Assembly (NCBI GenBank): GCA_964016885.1
Contig: OZ024755.1
Coordinates: 24,738,001-24,802,000, forward strand
DNA: 64,000 bases
Reading direction: 5' to 3'
From: Eledone cirrhosa
Taxonomy: Eukaryota
The notes beneath the pieces are model-generated. The model made no database searches, was not told the DNA's origin, and saw nothing but the letters and a program-made list of their open reading frames with translations. Position 1 is the first letter of the stretch; every line of letters begins with the position of its first letter. A program made the position numbers and the translations under genes. Positions 48,886 through 64,000 of the stretch are shown piece after piece.

Positions 48886-50384
48886 TGGTTGGTGTTAGGA
48901 AGGGCATCCAGCTGTAGAAAACCTGCCAGGGACAGTTCTGTACGGGCGAGACACGGTCTCCCGACCAATCTCGCCTCAAGTGGAACAAAACCGTCTAACC
49001 CATGCTAGCGTGGAAAATGGACGTTAAATGATGATGATAAAGATGATGTTGCATAGTCCAATTATCATAAATATATGATAGTTCTATTTTCTTTTATTGG
49101 TTTCAGCCCTTAAAGTATCCTCATACCGGCATGGCTAATACGCTATCAATGCAAACTAGGCAGTCGCCTTGGAGTCAGACAACAAAGACGTGCATTACTG
49201 AGCCTTAAAGGATCACGTCTTTCTAAAAATGCGTATAATTAAATTACGTAAATATATAATTTCCTTCGATAAATAAATAAATCGCTAAACATCTTTCCCG
49301 TGTAGCAGCCTCGTACATATGTATAGACCCGTAACTCCCGAGGGAGTCACATCGGACGCTGTATTAACATATGGCGTTTCTAGGGCTTTTCTTAAAACCG
49401 GGTGGAACCCATCTCTCCAGGTGTGAATACAGCAGATTTCTTCAAGAGAAGGATAGATAGAATGGAAATAAGAAAGAGATATAGAGGAAGAATCTGCCTC
49501 AGTACTTGACTGGTACTTTTTTATTGACCTTGAATGGGCGAAAGGTAAACTTGACCTCAGCGGGATTTGAACTGAAAGAGCCGGAACGATTACCGCAAAG
49601 CATTCTATCAGACGTTCTAATGACCCTGCCGATTCGTCGCCTAGCAGCCTCGTAAAAATATCCTAATCAGTGGATTGGGTCGTTTGCAATTATGACCTGT
49701 AACATGATTTGAAATGGGTGAGTGTGGATGGAGTGGTAGAATATTCAGGCTTAGTCATTTTCTTAAGTGTCCTCAGATTAAGAATGCTTAGGTCCAGATT
49801 CGTCAGTTTACCAAGCTTGTAAGTTGAAATTATTGTGGATTGGCAGTATAGGTAGAGGGTCGGATGCCATGCTTTGACGCATAGAGTTACAGCCCTTGCC
49901 ATTCTGAGTTCAAATCCCGCCGAGGTTAACTTTGCCTTTCATCCTTACGGGGTCGATAAAATAAAGTACCAGTAATACACTGGGTAATTGCCGGCCTTGT
50001 GCCTAACGTAGAAACAATTATTTTATTAGCGAGAATGAGGCACGTAACTCAGAGAAGGAGGTGCACGTTTGTAGAGTTAGCCTCTGGGTCAAATATCTGA
50101 TTACCTTGCTATATGTCCTCTTGATCCACAACACTGGTCACAACTTTCATATCTGCTGGGCAGCTGACTCCTACAACTAGTGCCTAACGTTTTTATCTAG
50201 TTTGTTTAAATATTTGGTTTTATCAGCCGGCACACGTATAAAGCTTGATCTTATGTGGAGTGGTGCATGCTAGTTTAATGTATTTAGTAAGCATTGATAT
50301 AATCATTAAAGGACGGCATGTGACCTTGTTGTTAGGCTTTTCGATCGTAAGGTCTTGAGTACAATTCTAGATAGCATATTGTCT

Positions 50385-50790
50385 CCTCGAGCAAGACACT
50401 TTATTTCACGTTGCTACAGTCCACTGTGTCTTTGAGCAAGGCACTTTATTTTACATTGCTCCAGTCCACTGTGTGCTTGATCAAGGCACTTTATTTCACA
50501 TTGCTCCAGTCCACTGTGTCCTTGAGCAAGGCACTTTATTTCACATTGCTCCAGTCTACTGTGTCCTTGAGCAAGACATTTTATTTCACATTGCTCCAGT
50601 CCACTGTGTCCTTGAGCAAGGCACTTTATTTCACATTGCTCCAGTCCCCTGTGTCCTTGAGCAAGGCACTTTATTTCACATTGCTCCAGTCCACTGTGTC
50701 CTTGAGCAAGACACTTTATTTCACATTGCTCCGTCCACTGTGTCCTTGAACTTTATTCAAGGACACTTTATTTCACATTGCTCCAGTCTA
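50385..50790 (+). repeat. 45-bp tandem array, about 9 copies, inside a SINE
   Basis: Same unit family as 5648-7000. Confidence 0.93.
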
Positions 50791-51194
50791 CTCGGATAGC
50801 AAAAGTTAGTTGTGCTTATAATTCAAAGGTCAGCATTATCACCCAGAGCTACATGCTGAATCGCAATAAGAACTCGCTTAAAGGTACATGGGTCTATGGA
50901 ATACTCAGCCAGTTGTACGTTAATTTCGGGAACAGATTGTTCCATTATTTGGACAACTGGAACACTCGTAAGCGACGGAGGTCCAGCATGGTATATTTAT
51001 TAAATCTTATTTAATGTGTTTATTTAAATACGTTTTGAGTTTTTCGATGTCTATATCTTGTGGAGCATACCTGTTGATATTGAAATCAAATCTTTCAGTT
51101 GCGCGCACGTTTGTTGGTCCCTTTGTCAATAAGTTATAGCTTATTCTAATCTTAGTATTGTCTAAGTAATCGTCACAGAATTGGATAGCATGCC

Positions 51195-51404
51195 GAAACA
51201 GTTCTTAGCCCCTTCCTGTTTATCATCGTCCTACAGCCAATAACGGAGGAGTTTAATACTGGCTGCCCTTGGGAACTTTTGTATGCAGACGACCTAACAC
51301 TTATAGCCGAATCTATTGGTGAATTAGAGACGAAATTCCAAACCTGGACGCACATCCTGGAATCTAAAATTCTTAAAATAAACTTAGCAAAGACTAAAGT
51401 TCTA

Positions 51405-51405
<1 letters not shown>
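51195..51405 (+). mobile_element. RTE-clade RT core fragment
   Basis: LSPFLFIIV...[10 protein letters not shown]...KINLAKTKV. Confidence 0.8.
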
Positions 51406-53355
<1,950 letters not shown>

Positions 53356-54658
53356 TCATCATCATCATCATCATCATCAACGTTTAACGTCCGTGTTCCA
53401 CGCTTGCATGGGTTTGGACGGGGGTAGTCCCACTTGAGGCAAGAGTGATTGTCTTGCTCGCATAGGACTGTCTGGCAGGTTTTCTACAGTTGGATGCCCT
53501 TCCTAACACCAACCACATTTACAGTGTGGGTCTGGGAGGTTTTTACCGTGTTGCCTACACGGCCACATTACAGCGTGGACTGTGTGTTTTTTTGTCGTGA
53601 CACCTACACGATCTCATTTGTTTCGGCCTGGATGGCGCGGCACCAACATAACTTTACATAGAACGGGGTGGTGTGGATGGGGTGGGGGAGGTGGTGGTGG
53701 GACGGGGTGTATTTTGTTAGAGATGCCTACTGGCTGGAGTAGGTTTTACTATATATTTAGGTAAGGCGGGTCTTCTCTGTTACTGAGTACCGCCAAAGGT
53801 CTCGGTCCAGTGACATTGTCTTGGAGAGGTGTAAGTGTGTGATGTCGGAGTTTATCAGCTCGTCCCAGGTTTTTCTAGGTCTGCCTATTCCGTGACTACC
53901 GTCTATCTTTATTGCCCTGCAATTTGTTATACAGCTATCGACTTTCATGCGCATCACGTGTCCATACCAACGTAGCCTTCTCTCGAGTAAACAACATCTG
54001 ATCCCTCTTATCTCTAATTTTTTCCTTAGTTCGTTTATGCTTTGCCGTTCACGTATATTACTGTTACACATCCAGCGGAGCATGCAAGCTTCGTTCCTCT
54101 CTAGTCTGCGTATATCCTCTGCACACAATGCCCAGGTCTCACTGCCATGCAGCATTGCTGTTCGTATGCAGGCATCGTACAACCTGCCTTTCATTTTTAG
54201 GGAGAACCCTTTAGCAGCTAATAGTGGTATAAGCTCTCTGAACTTTTTCCAACCAGTTCTGACTCTAGCTACAGTACTTTCAGAGCACCCTCTCCCACTG
54301 CTGATTTTATCGTCCAGGTAACGGAAGCTGTCCACTATTTCTATAGAACCCTCTGCGCAATTGAAAGAGCTAGTATTTTGTGGGCACTTGCTGCTACTTA
54401 TTGCACCAGAACACCGGCCACATGTAAAATCTATGTTCTTAGTTAGCTTACCTGTGATCCCACTACATCTTTTATGCACCCATACTTTGCATTTAGGACA
54501 TAAAATGGAGTTTCTACCTACGCCTTTCCTACACACCGAGCACGACCATTTCCCAGAAGGGACCGCCGCCTTGTTTTCTTTCCTACAAACTAGAACTTTG
54601 GTCTTAGCCAGGTTAATTTTAAGTCCTTTTGACTCTAGGCCGTGCTTCCATGTTTGGA
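53356..54658 (-). mobile_element. 5'-truncated RTE-clade LINE with Cys/His finger insertion, 3' UTR and (GAT)n tail
   Basis: ORF 54536-53757: [52 protein letters not shown]. The UTR ends ggacgttaaacgtt(gat)n. Confidence 0.88.
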
Positions 54659-54686
54659 TATATATATATATATATACGTAAATATA

Positions 54687-54741
<55 letters not shown>

Positions 54742-54772
54742 GTAAATATATATATATATATATATATATACG

Positions 54773-54852
<80 letters not shown>

Positions 54853-55122
54853 GCGGCGATGAATTAGTTTTGCGAGGTTTTTTATATGAAATCGTGTGTC
54901 GAAACAGATATTGTTATATTTGGGGAGGGTCATATTTGCGTAATATTGCCAGAATTAATAACAGAACACACTCACTGTTTGGTTGGTTTTCGCTTCTCGC
55001 TGTCTTTTATATATATATATCTGCGATCTAACTTACTCGGTCCTCAATGTTGCCATTGACTGACCGGCGGTCAAAAATAATACAGATACAATATAGACAA
55101 ACACATATATATATAGTTTACA

Positions 55123-55156
55123 TAAATCTTTCGTTGCACATCTGCAACATCGTCAG
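55123..55156 (-). ncRNA. Hammerhead ribozyme-like core
   Basis: Minus strand reads CTGACGA-T-GTTGCA(GATG)TGCAAC-GAAA-GATT: both boxes and a perfect 6-bp stem II; lies between (TA)n tracts. Confidence 0.6.
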
Positions 55157-55229
55157 TGGTGTTATATTCATTGTTCCTCCTGTTGTGTTCAAATTTATAT
55201 ATATATATATATATATATTTATATGAATA

Positions 55230-55270
<41 letters not shown>

Positions 55271-55275
55271 GAATA

Positions 55276-55316
<41 letters not shown>

Positions 55317-55321
55317 GAATA

Positions 55322-55370
<49 letters not shown>

Positions 55371-55375
55371 GAATA

Positions 55376-55422
<47 letters not shown>

Positions 55423-55427
55423 GAATA

Positions 55428-55476
<49 letters not shown>

Positions 55477-55481
55477 GAATA

Positions 55482-55520
<39 letters not shown>

Positions 55521-55525
55521 GAATA

Positions 55526-55564
<39 letters not shown>

Positions 55565-55579
55565 GAATATATATGTATA

Positions 55580-55622
<43 letters not shown>

Positions 55623-55665
55623 GAATATATATGTATATATATATATATATATATTTATATGAATA

Positions 55666-55702
<37 letters not shown>

Positions 55703-56160
55703 GAATATATATGTATATATATATATTTATATATAATATATATACTTATATATGAATATATATGTATATATATATATTTATATATAATATATATACTTAT
55801 ATATGAATATATATGTATATATATATATTTATATATAATATATATATATTTATATGAATATATATGTATATATATATATTTATATATAATATATATACTT
55901 ATATATGAATATATATGTATATATATATATTTATATATAATATATATACTTATATATGAATATATATGTATATATATATATTTATATATACGTAAATATA
56001 TATATATATATATATATACGTAAATATATATATATATATATACGTAAATATATATATATATATACGTTAATATATATATATATATATACGTAAATATATA
56101 TATATATATACGTAAATATATATATATATATACGTAAATATATATATATATATATATACG

Positions 56161-56199
<39 letters not shown>

Positions 56200-56200
56200 G

Positions 56201-56237
<37 letters not shown>

Positions 56238-56256
56238 GTAAATATATATATATATG

Positions 56257-56315
<59 letters not shown>

Positions 56316-56336
56316 GTAAATATATATATATATACG

Positions 56337-56385
<49 letters not shown>

Positions 56386-56454
56386 GTATATATATATATA
56401 TACGAGAGTATTGAAGTTTGCTTGAAGCATTGTGGAATAATAAGTAAATATCTT

Positions 56455-57735
56455 TAAGTCGTTTGGAAGCCTTGACAATGCAAATGGGTTAATCTCCGGG
56501 TAACAAGATCCGGTGGTGGAGAGAGAGATGTAAGTGGGTGTACGTTGAGATGCGTGGTGTGTATAAGATGTGTAGAAGAATGAAGGAAAGAGTATAAAGG
56601 ATAAAATAAAAATAACAACAGGAGAGAGTTACCTTGGAGAGATTTAATAGTCCCTATATATTTCGGATTCACGTCCATCAACTGGGGTTTTTTTCCGTGG
56701 TGGGAGAAAGGTTGTCTGACGGACAGGTGCGAAACGCGTCCTCCGCTGTTTGTTGTTTTGAATATCTGAGGTATTCAGCAGGGCGCGCGTGCGCGTGAAA
56801 TGGGGTCGGTCGGGCAGAGGTCAGCGGCCGAATGAGGGAGTGGGGTGTCGCTAGCTGTCAGTCCATTCTCTGCCTGTTTGTTAAATGTTACTGTGTGTGC
56901 GTGTGTTGTTGTCTCGCTTGAGTGTGTGTGCGTGTGTTGTTGCCTTGTTCCTCTGTATTGGCAGTGTAGTATGTTCGTATGGTGGAATGCTACTGTGTGT
57001 GTGTGCGTGTGTGTGTGTAGTTGTCTCGTTTGTGTGTGTGTTGCTGCATCGTTTGTTAACTTAAACCAGCCATTTCATTTCGCTTCTCTCTGATCGATTG
57101 TTTATTTGCGGTTGCAGGCGTTTGATAAAAAGCGCTTCCTTGATACGTAACGTACCGACGTTTCTTTCAGTCGCTAGAATTGTGACAATGGGCCTTCCGT
57201 CTTTGTTTCCGCATTTGTCTATGTGTTTCCGGAAAGACGAGGCCCTGTTTTTAGTGTGTTCCTTGAACCGGGTGTGCAAAGGTCGGATTGTGCTACCTAT
57301 GTAGTATTGGTTGCACCTGTCACATTCTATCTTATACACGGCGTATGTGCGTAGGCAACAGTTCGCATGGCGTATCGGGCAGTCTCTGAGGGAGCATGCG
57401 TCGCTCTGCTGAATACCTCAGATATTCAAAACAACAAACAGCGGAGGACGCGTTTCGCACCTGTCCGACAGACAACCTTTCCCCCACCCCGGAAAAAACC
57501 CCCAGTTGATGGATGTGAATCCGAAATATATAGGGACTATTAAATCTATCCCAAGGTAACTCTCTCTCGTGTTGTTATTTTAATTTTATCCTTTATACTC
57601 TTTCCTTCATTCTTCTACACATCTTATACACACCACGCATCTCAACGTACACCCACTTACATCTCTCTCTCCACCACCGGATCTTGTTACCCGGAGACTT
57701 ACCCATTTGCATTGTCGAGGCTTCCAAACGACTTA
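56455..57735. repeat. About 330-bp inverted repeat pair (56455-56781 / 57406-57735) enclosing the GIY-YIG fragment
   Basis: The arms are reverse complements with scattered mismatches (e.g. taagtcgtttggaagcc / ggcttccaaacgactta). Each arm contains CGAAACGCGTC. Confidence 0.9.
57061..57400 (-). mobile_element. Penelope-like element GIY-YIG endonuclease fragment
   Basis: CSLRDCPI...C...VYKIECDRCNQYYIGSTIRPLHTRFKEH...IKEALFI...PQIN: GIY-YIG domain with the Cys/His ligands typical of Penelope-like elements. Confidence 0.85.
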
Positions 57736-57739
57736 TAAA

Positions 57740-58600
57740 TTATTATTTAAAATTATGGAAAGGAACTAGTGAAGTTATCGATTGGTTTAAATAAATTAAA
57801 TATAACTATAATAATAAGTTTATTCAGTTGGATATTGCTAACTATTACTCATCTATCACTCCTAATCTACTGAATAAAGCACTAACTTACGCATTTAAAC
57901 ATACAGACCTAACTAGCAATGAAATGCACATTATATTATCGGCACAGAAAACATTAATCGAATTTAATAACCAACTCTGGACTAGGGCAGATAGAAATAA
58001 TAAGTTTGATATAACTATGGGATCATCCGATTCCGCTCAGGTAACGGATCTTGTGGGCCTCTTTATAAATAATTCTCTACATAGGAAAATACCTGAGATA
58101 ACCGGAGGTTTATATCGTGACGACATGCTTTTACTTATAAAAAATAATAACTGTGAACTAAATAGAAAAAGAAAACAAATTATACAATTTTTTAATTACC
58201 TTAATCTAAAAGTAGAAATAGAGAATAACCATAAAATAGTTAACTTTCTAGATGTAACACTAAATCTTAACACATGTCTTCATTATCCATTTCACAAACT
58301 AAATGAGAACTTAAACTATGTCAATTTTAACTCTAATCACCCCCAGATCCGTTAAAAATACTATAGTGAACTCTGTACAGGAACGAATTTCGAGAATTTC
58401 AGCTAATAAGAATATATTTGACGAAAAAGCGCATTATTACAACGAAGCGTTAGGTAGAGTTGGGTATAGAAATAAAATTAAATACATTGATAATAATAAT
58501 AATATAACAACTAACCATAATCGTAACCATTTTAACTATTGTAACAATTTTAACAACTATAATAGAAAACCTTACATTAATTCCGAAAGAATTAATTCAG
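57740..58600 (+). mobile_element. Penelope-like reverse transcriptase fragment (possibly Naiad-type), disrupted
   Basis: LDIANYYSSI, FDITMGSSDSAQVTDLVG, GLYRDD, NFLDVTL, SNHP; upstream stop codon and a frameshift near 58350. Confidence 0.85.
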
Positions 58601-58823
58601 AAGACGGCGTATATATGTGTTGGTATGTATATTTAATCTTGATAGTTTGTATAATTTTGTATAATTTTGTACATAGATCTGTTGAATATGCATGCCAATT
58701 CTAACACATATATATCCTAGAAACGATCGTTAAATAATGAACTTTTTTTGTTTAATATAAGGAACTGTCTCATTGTTTATTCATTATTTGTTTAATATTT
58801 TATATATATATATATATATATAC

Positions 58824-58875
<52 letters not shown>

Positions 58876-58887
58876 GTATATATATAC

Positions 58888-58923
<36 letters not shown>

Positions 58924-59099
58924 GTATATATATACGTATATATATATATATACGTATATATATATATATATATATACGTATATATATATATATATATATA
59001 TACGTATATATATATATATATATACGTATATATATATATATATATATATACGTATATATATATATATATATATACGTATATATATATATATATATATAC

Positions 59100-59139
<40 letters not shown>

Positions 59140-59427
59140 GTGTATATATATATATATACGTGTATATATATATACACACACACGTGTGTGTGTGTGTATA
59201 TATATATATATATGTATATTTATATATATATATTTCGTTTCTAAATTTGTTTAGCAAGATTCTTTATCTGAAATCGTGTGTTGAAACCGATATTGTTATA
59301 CTTTGGGAGGGTCATGTTGCCAATAAGAAACACACGCACCAGTTGCTTTCACTTCCCACACAGAAACAAATTGGCGTAGGACAGAACAAAGGAGAGACAC
59401 AGAAACAAAGAAAGGAATCCCCAGTCA

Positions 59428-59463
59428 CTGAAGAGGTCACAGAGTGTGCGACGAAAGAACTAT
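59428..59463 (+). ncRNA. Hammerhead-like core, paralogue of 314-348
   Basis: CTGAAGA-G-GTCACAGAGTGTGCGAC-GAAA. Confidence 0.55.
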
Positions 59464-59719
59464 GACAATATATAAACAACTATCTGGTTGTGGAACCAAC
59501 CAACCAACCAGAAATTTATAAATTTATAAATTTATTATTTATTATAAATTTATTATAATAATAAATTGAAGTGAAAGCAACTGGTGCGTGTGTTTCTTAT
59601 TGGCAACATGACCCTCCCAAAGTATAACAATATATATATATATATATACGTGTATATATATATATATATATATACACACGTGTGTGTATATATATATGTA
59701 TATTTATATATATACATAC

Positions 59720-59772
<53 letters not shown>

Positions 59773-60451
59773 CGTGTGTGTGTGTGTATATATATGTATA
59801 TATATATATAGTAAATAATAATAAATTTGAAGACTAAAATCCAAAGAGGGTTATATTTATTTATTTGTATACACGCACACACACACATATATTTATATGT
59901 GCGTGGTTTTGTATATCTATGGCGAGTGTTTTCGCGTATGCTTGTGTATGTACGTATTTGGACGCGTGTATGTATTTATTTCATTTCAATTACCTCTGTA
60001 TTGTATTTTATTTACTTTATTCTTAACTCTGAAGCGGAGAATCATTCGGTTTCCTAGTTACAATTTTAGTCTACGACTTCAGCTATACCATTTACATGGT
60101 TTTGTCTTTGCGTGCATTTGTTCTCCACGCACCACATATGACGTATTATCTTTGTTTTTTCCCGTTCTTTGCCAGGGAACGTTTCCACGAACCAAAGTAT
60201 CGTCTTCCTGTCTTCCTCCGGTTGCAACGTTTTTTGAAATATCCACTTCAGCGTTTAGAGATTGACTTTGTTAGTTTCAGAAGATCCCGTTAAGGGTGAA
60301 AGCAGCGATTCTTTGCTTAAACTTTAATCTGTTATTTTAATAAATATATATATATATTTATATATATATATACACAAGTGTATATATATTTATATATATA
60401 TATACACAAGTGTATATATATATATATATGTATATTTATATATATACATAC

Positions 60452-60804
60452 TCAGATGGTGGATGGGTGCTACACGAGAATGCTGAGGATGGCTCTGAAC
60501 ATTAATGAGGATGAAAAACTCAGAGCTGTATGGGAGCCTCCCAAAGGTCAGCTCAAAAGTGACGCAGAGGAGACTGAGGTTGGCTGGACATGCTCACCGA
60601 CATCCAGAGTTGACATTGCACTCAGTGCTCCCGCGGGAGCCCCTACATGGACATACTGGAAGAGGAAGACCAAGGTTAACGTATGTTGATGCCTTAAGGA
60701 CAGACACTGATCTGTTGGAGACGCAGGACATGGCAGCGATAATGAGGGACAGAGACCGCTGGGGAGAACTCGTCCATGGATCTCGGGAATTTTACCCGCC
60801 CTAG
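60452..60804 (+). mobile_element. 3' end of an RTE/RTEX-like LINE (same family as 13985-14280)
   Basis: DGCYTRMLRMALNI...RRLRLAGH...GRP; TA-rich flanks. Confidence 0.75.
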
Positions 60805-60839
60805 AAAAAATATACATACGTATATGTATATATATATAC

Positions 60840-60902
<63 letters not shown>

Positions 60903-61262
60903 CATTAAACGTCCACTTGGCCTGCTAGAAAGGGTTGGACGGGTCTACACAGATTGAGTCTGTACTGAGTGAAGCGGGACCACTGTTCTCCCAAATAGTC
61001 TGGGGACTCTCATCTCGTTTATATATGGTTCCGCATTCTACTAAGTCCAATCTATCATGGCACCAGCACCAGAGAGGTTGTCACAACCCTGACACGATGG
61101 AGGGTTCGCCCAACCCCTTGTTTGGCAAGCTTTCTAACGCTGGATGTCTTCTTATCATCAACCATCAATTTTATTTGTGCCATCTCTATACATTATTCAA
61201 CAGTACGAAAATCCTACTGGTTAGATGCAGCCGTTTGATTAAGCTTATCTTAATACTTGCAG

Positions 61263-61660
61263 GATCGATAACAATTACGAGGAGCGTGTCATCGATTACA
61301 CTAACTGACCGAGTGGGTTTGGTAGACAGAAGTGGGCTTAGTCATGGTGGTCGTAATGCAAGCACGAAACGTCGTAGTCATAGAGATGGAGAAGAAAGAG
61401 GAGGAGCTACAACAACACCAACAGACCCTCAAACAGCATCAATAGCAACTACAAAAACAAAGGATAAAATCAACGAAAACAACATTACTGGGAGTAAGAA
61501 ACCTCCTAAGCTGGAGAAACCAATGTTTGGGGTGTTGCTATTTCTTGGTTCGATATTCATTTTGGTTGTAGGCGTTCTTCTGGAAATCTCCAATAGATAT
61601 AAACAAAAAGAAGAAAAAGTCTCTTTGAAAAAATTTGATGAAAAATATACACTTTTGTAA
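61263..61660 (+). CDS. Terminal exon of an uncharacterised type I membrane protein (Thr-rich ectodomain, TM helix, short tail ending DEKYTLL)
   Basis: Acceptor ttaatacttgcag, phase 1. Open to TAA at 61660. TM segment MFGVLLFLGSIFILVVGVLL followed by basic residues. AATAAA at 61660-61665. Confidence 0.65.
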
Positions 61661-62626
61661 ATAAATACATGTTTCTCAAGACACACTGGCTTTGGCTTTT
61701 CTTTTTAGGAATTGGGAAGCCCTTTCCAAAAATACGAAAAGAAAAGTGTCACAAATACCTAAACAATAAAAAAAACACCCCAGAAAGTTTCAACAATTTC
61801 TGTGTTTCATTTCTACCCACAAACATTATTCTGTTATTTTACTGATTTCGGACTATTGTATTGCGACAATGCAATGCAGTAGACAGATACAAACTAACAG
61901 TTAGTAGTTTGAGCGGGGGGTCCTGTGTTGGGTTATGTTTTGAATTGTAGTGTACGGTATTGTCCAAGCAGGTGTAGCTGATGTTTACGTTGTGTGTGTT
62001 GAAATGTTTATTAGATGTGTGTCGATGGGGTGGGGTGAGAAGTATTGTCTTGCATCAGTTATAATGTGTTTCGTGTTTAATTTATCGATCTCGAAAGTAT
62101 GAAATGTAAAGTGAAATGTAAAGACATTTGAATTAATTATTTATGATCCGGAAGGTTTAAAAATCAAAGTCGATCTTGGTGAGATTTGAACTCAGAACGC
62201 TGTGTGATGAAACCAAAGGCTGCAATACTTTTAGCCCCATGTTGTACAGCTTCTGTTGCTCGCCACCCCGAGACAACACGTTAGCTTATAGTAGGGTATT
62301 CCTTAATTAAATTTATTTAAGTAGCGATCATGGTTTATTCATTCAACGATCATGGTTTATTCACACAGCGCTTCATATGTGACAGACCAACCTTATATAC
62401 ATCACACACATCAAGCCAAACATTAACTACCACAAACATACTGCCACACCACAATGAACGTAAACCACTGAAAAACGGAGAAATACTAAAAATTTGAAAA
62501 TCGATTAAAGGTGTTTATTATTTTTTCAATTTATAGGGAAATTCATATTTTTTGGCATGTTTACACGATAAAACTGATACAAAAAGTCTTATTAGCTTCA
62601 CGCTTTATATGGAAAAGGGGGAAGAA

Positions 62627-62659
62627 AGTTCGACGTGTCGGGCTTTAGCCCTTCTTCAG
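62627..62659 (-). ncRNA. Hammerhead-like core (decayed paralogue at 30201-30232)
   Basis: Minus strand reads CTGAAGA-A-GGGC(TAAA)GCCC-GACACGTC, with a single change in GAAA. Flanks 62575-62690 match 30150-30260. Confidence 0.5.
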
Positions 62660-64000
62660 GAGTACTAAAAATAGAGACAGGATCATAAAGAATAAACACA
62701 CACACATATCTCCGGCGAAATTTTATTTTATGTGGTAACATGTTAATTACATTTCTTTAGACATAGAAAACATTATACATGACAAAATTACATTACAAGA
62801 AATCCTATACGTTTTAAAATAAATAGGATGGTTTGGGATCTCAATATGTAAACTAAACGATTAATTTTGGTTTTAAAAAATCAAGGGAGACAACCTAGAA
62901 AAACTACCACTCCCCCACGTTTAACCGCCCCCCCCCCCCCCTCATCATTTGGGACACGAGAATATGTTCTATTACGTTGTTGAGCAGAGATGTGGAAAGA
63001 AAAATAAATACGTACATCAGGTAAGATTTAATAATTATTTCTACTATAAGCACAAGGCCAGCAATTTTGTGGAAGAGGAAAGTCGATTAAATCGACCCCA
63101 CTACATTACTTTATTTTATCGACCCCGTAATGATGAAAGGCAAAGCTAACCTAGGCGGTATTTGAACTCAGACCGTAATTGGCCGTAACTCTATACTGCA
63201 AAGCATGGTGTCCGACCCTCTACCGATTCTGCCAATCCACCGCCCTAAGGTAAGATTTAATAATACGAACAATTACGTTAATTCTGATTACATGGTAAAG
63301 ATAATCCATTTCAGTGATGTTGCAGTGGTTTTGTCCTTCTCTTGAGTGCTAATGGTAGCATGTAACCCAGTACAACCTCTCGCATGGTCGGGACGTCGGC
63401 GACTAAACCGGCAACCCCACCAAGTTTACTTGGTGAGGAGGGTGATTTTGGATACCCTGCGAGACAAAAAACAAAACCTTACAAAAGATGGAAGAACTCA
63501 TAAAAGTCAACGGCCAACTAAAAAAAAAAAAAAAAATCCTGCCAAATCAATGGATGGCAGTAGTTCCAGCTGTATGTATCGAAAGATTGGTGTAGTGGTT
63601 CTGAGAACTTGGAGTAACTCCGGACCGGTTTGATATTTGATTGTATCTGCGCATCGTTATGAAAATTACAACAGCATTGAAAACCACAAATATTCCACCA
63701 ACAACAATGAACGCTATATTCCATGGCAGTACTTCAGGAATACTTGCTGGCCTTTCAGTTTCGACTTTATTTTCTATAGTCGTATTCTCGGTTGAAAATA
63801 TTTCTCCTGAAATATAAGAAGTAAATGTAATTTAAAAAGAAAGGAATGGTTGTCTTTTCACGCACACACACATGTCATCATCATCATCATCATCATCATC
63901 ATTTAACGTCCATCTTCCACGCTAGCATGGGTTAGACGGTTTTGTTCCGTTTGATGCGGGAGTGGCCGGGAGACCGTGTCTCGCTCGTACGGAAGTGTCT

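Noticed and set aside
60935-61262. N-terminal part of the 241-aa ORF
   Set aside because: Starts at a non-ATG codon inside an inverted RTE-type tail and lies upstream of a good splice acceptor at 61262; treated as intron.

Overview
This is eukaryotic, intron-rich, microsatellite-dense animal DNA. The repeat style suggests an octopod cephalopod, which is an inference. I can support three genes. (1) The first coding exon of a TGF-beta/BMP-family ligand on the minus strand (3335-2645), with a signal peptide, long His/Gln, Asn and Ser homopolymer runs and the prodomain motif PPxYMxxLY...NTVRS; the rest of the gene lies left of the window. (2) A complete XPF/ERCC4 gene on the plus strand (16139-44858), reconstructed by hand as 22 phase-compatible GT-AG exons encoding about 868 aa. 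(3) A probable two-exon orphan gene (48145-48223 + 61263-61660) encoding a 158-aa single-pass membrane protein with a C-terminal sorting motif. The rest is retroelement debris: tRNA-derived SINEs, RTE-like, R4-like and CRE-like LINE fragments, Penelope-like RT and GIY-YIG fragments, and a non-autonomous Helitron. Many minisatellites are present, several demonstrably amplified from inside retroelements. The most unusual non-coding signal is a set of about nine hammerhead-ribozyme-like cores in short repeats, most beside (TA)n or (CA)n tracts, plus palindromes centred on a hammerhead-like stem II. Most ORFs in the supplied track are microsatellite or minisatellite artefacts. No prokaryotic features or CRISPR arrays are present. 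All alignments and counts were done by eye.
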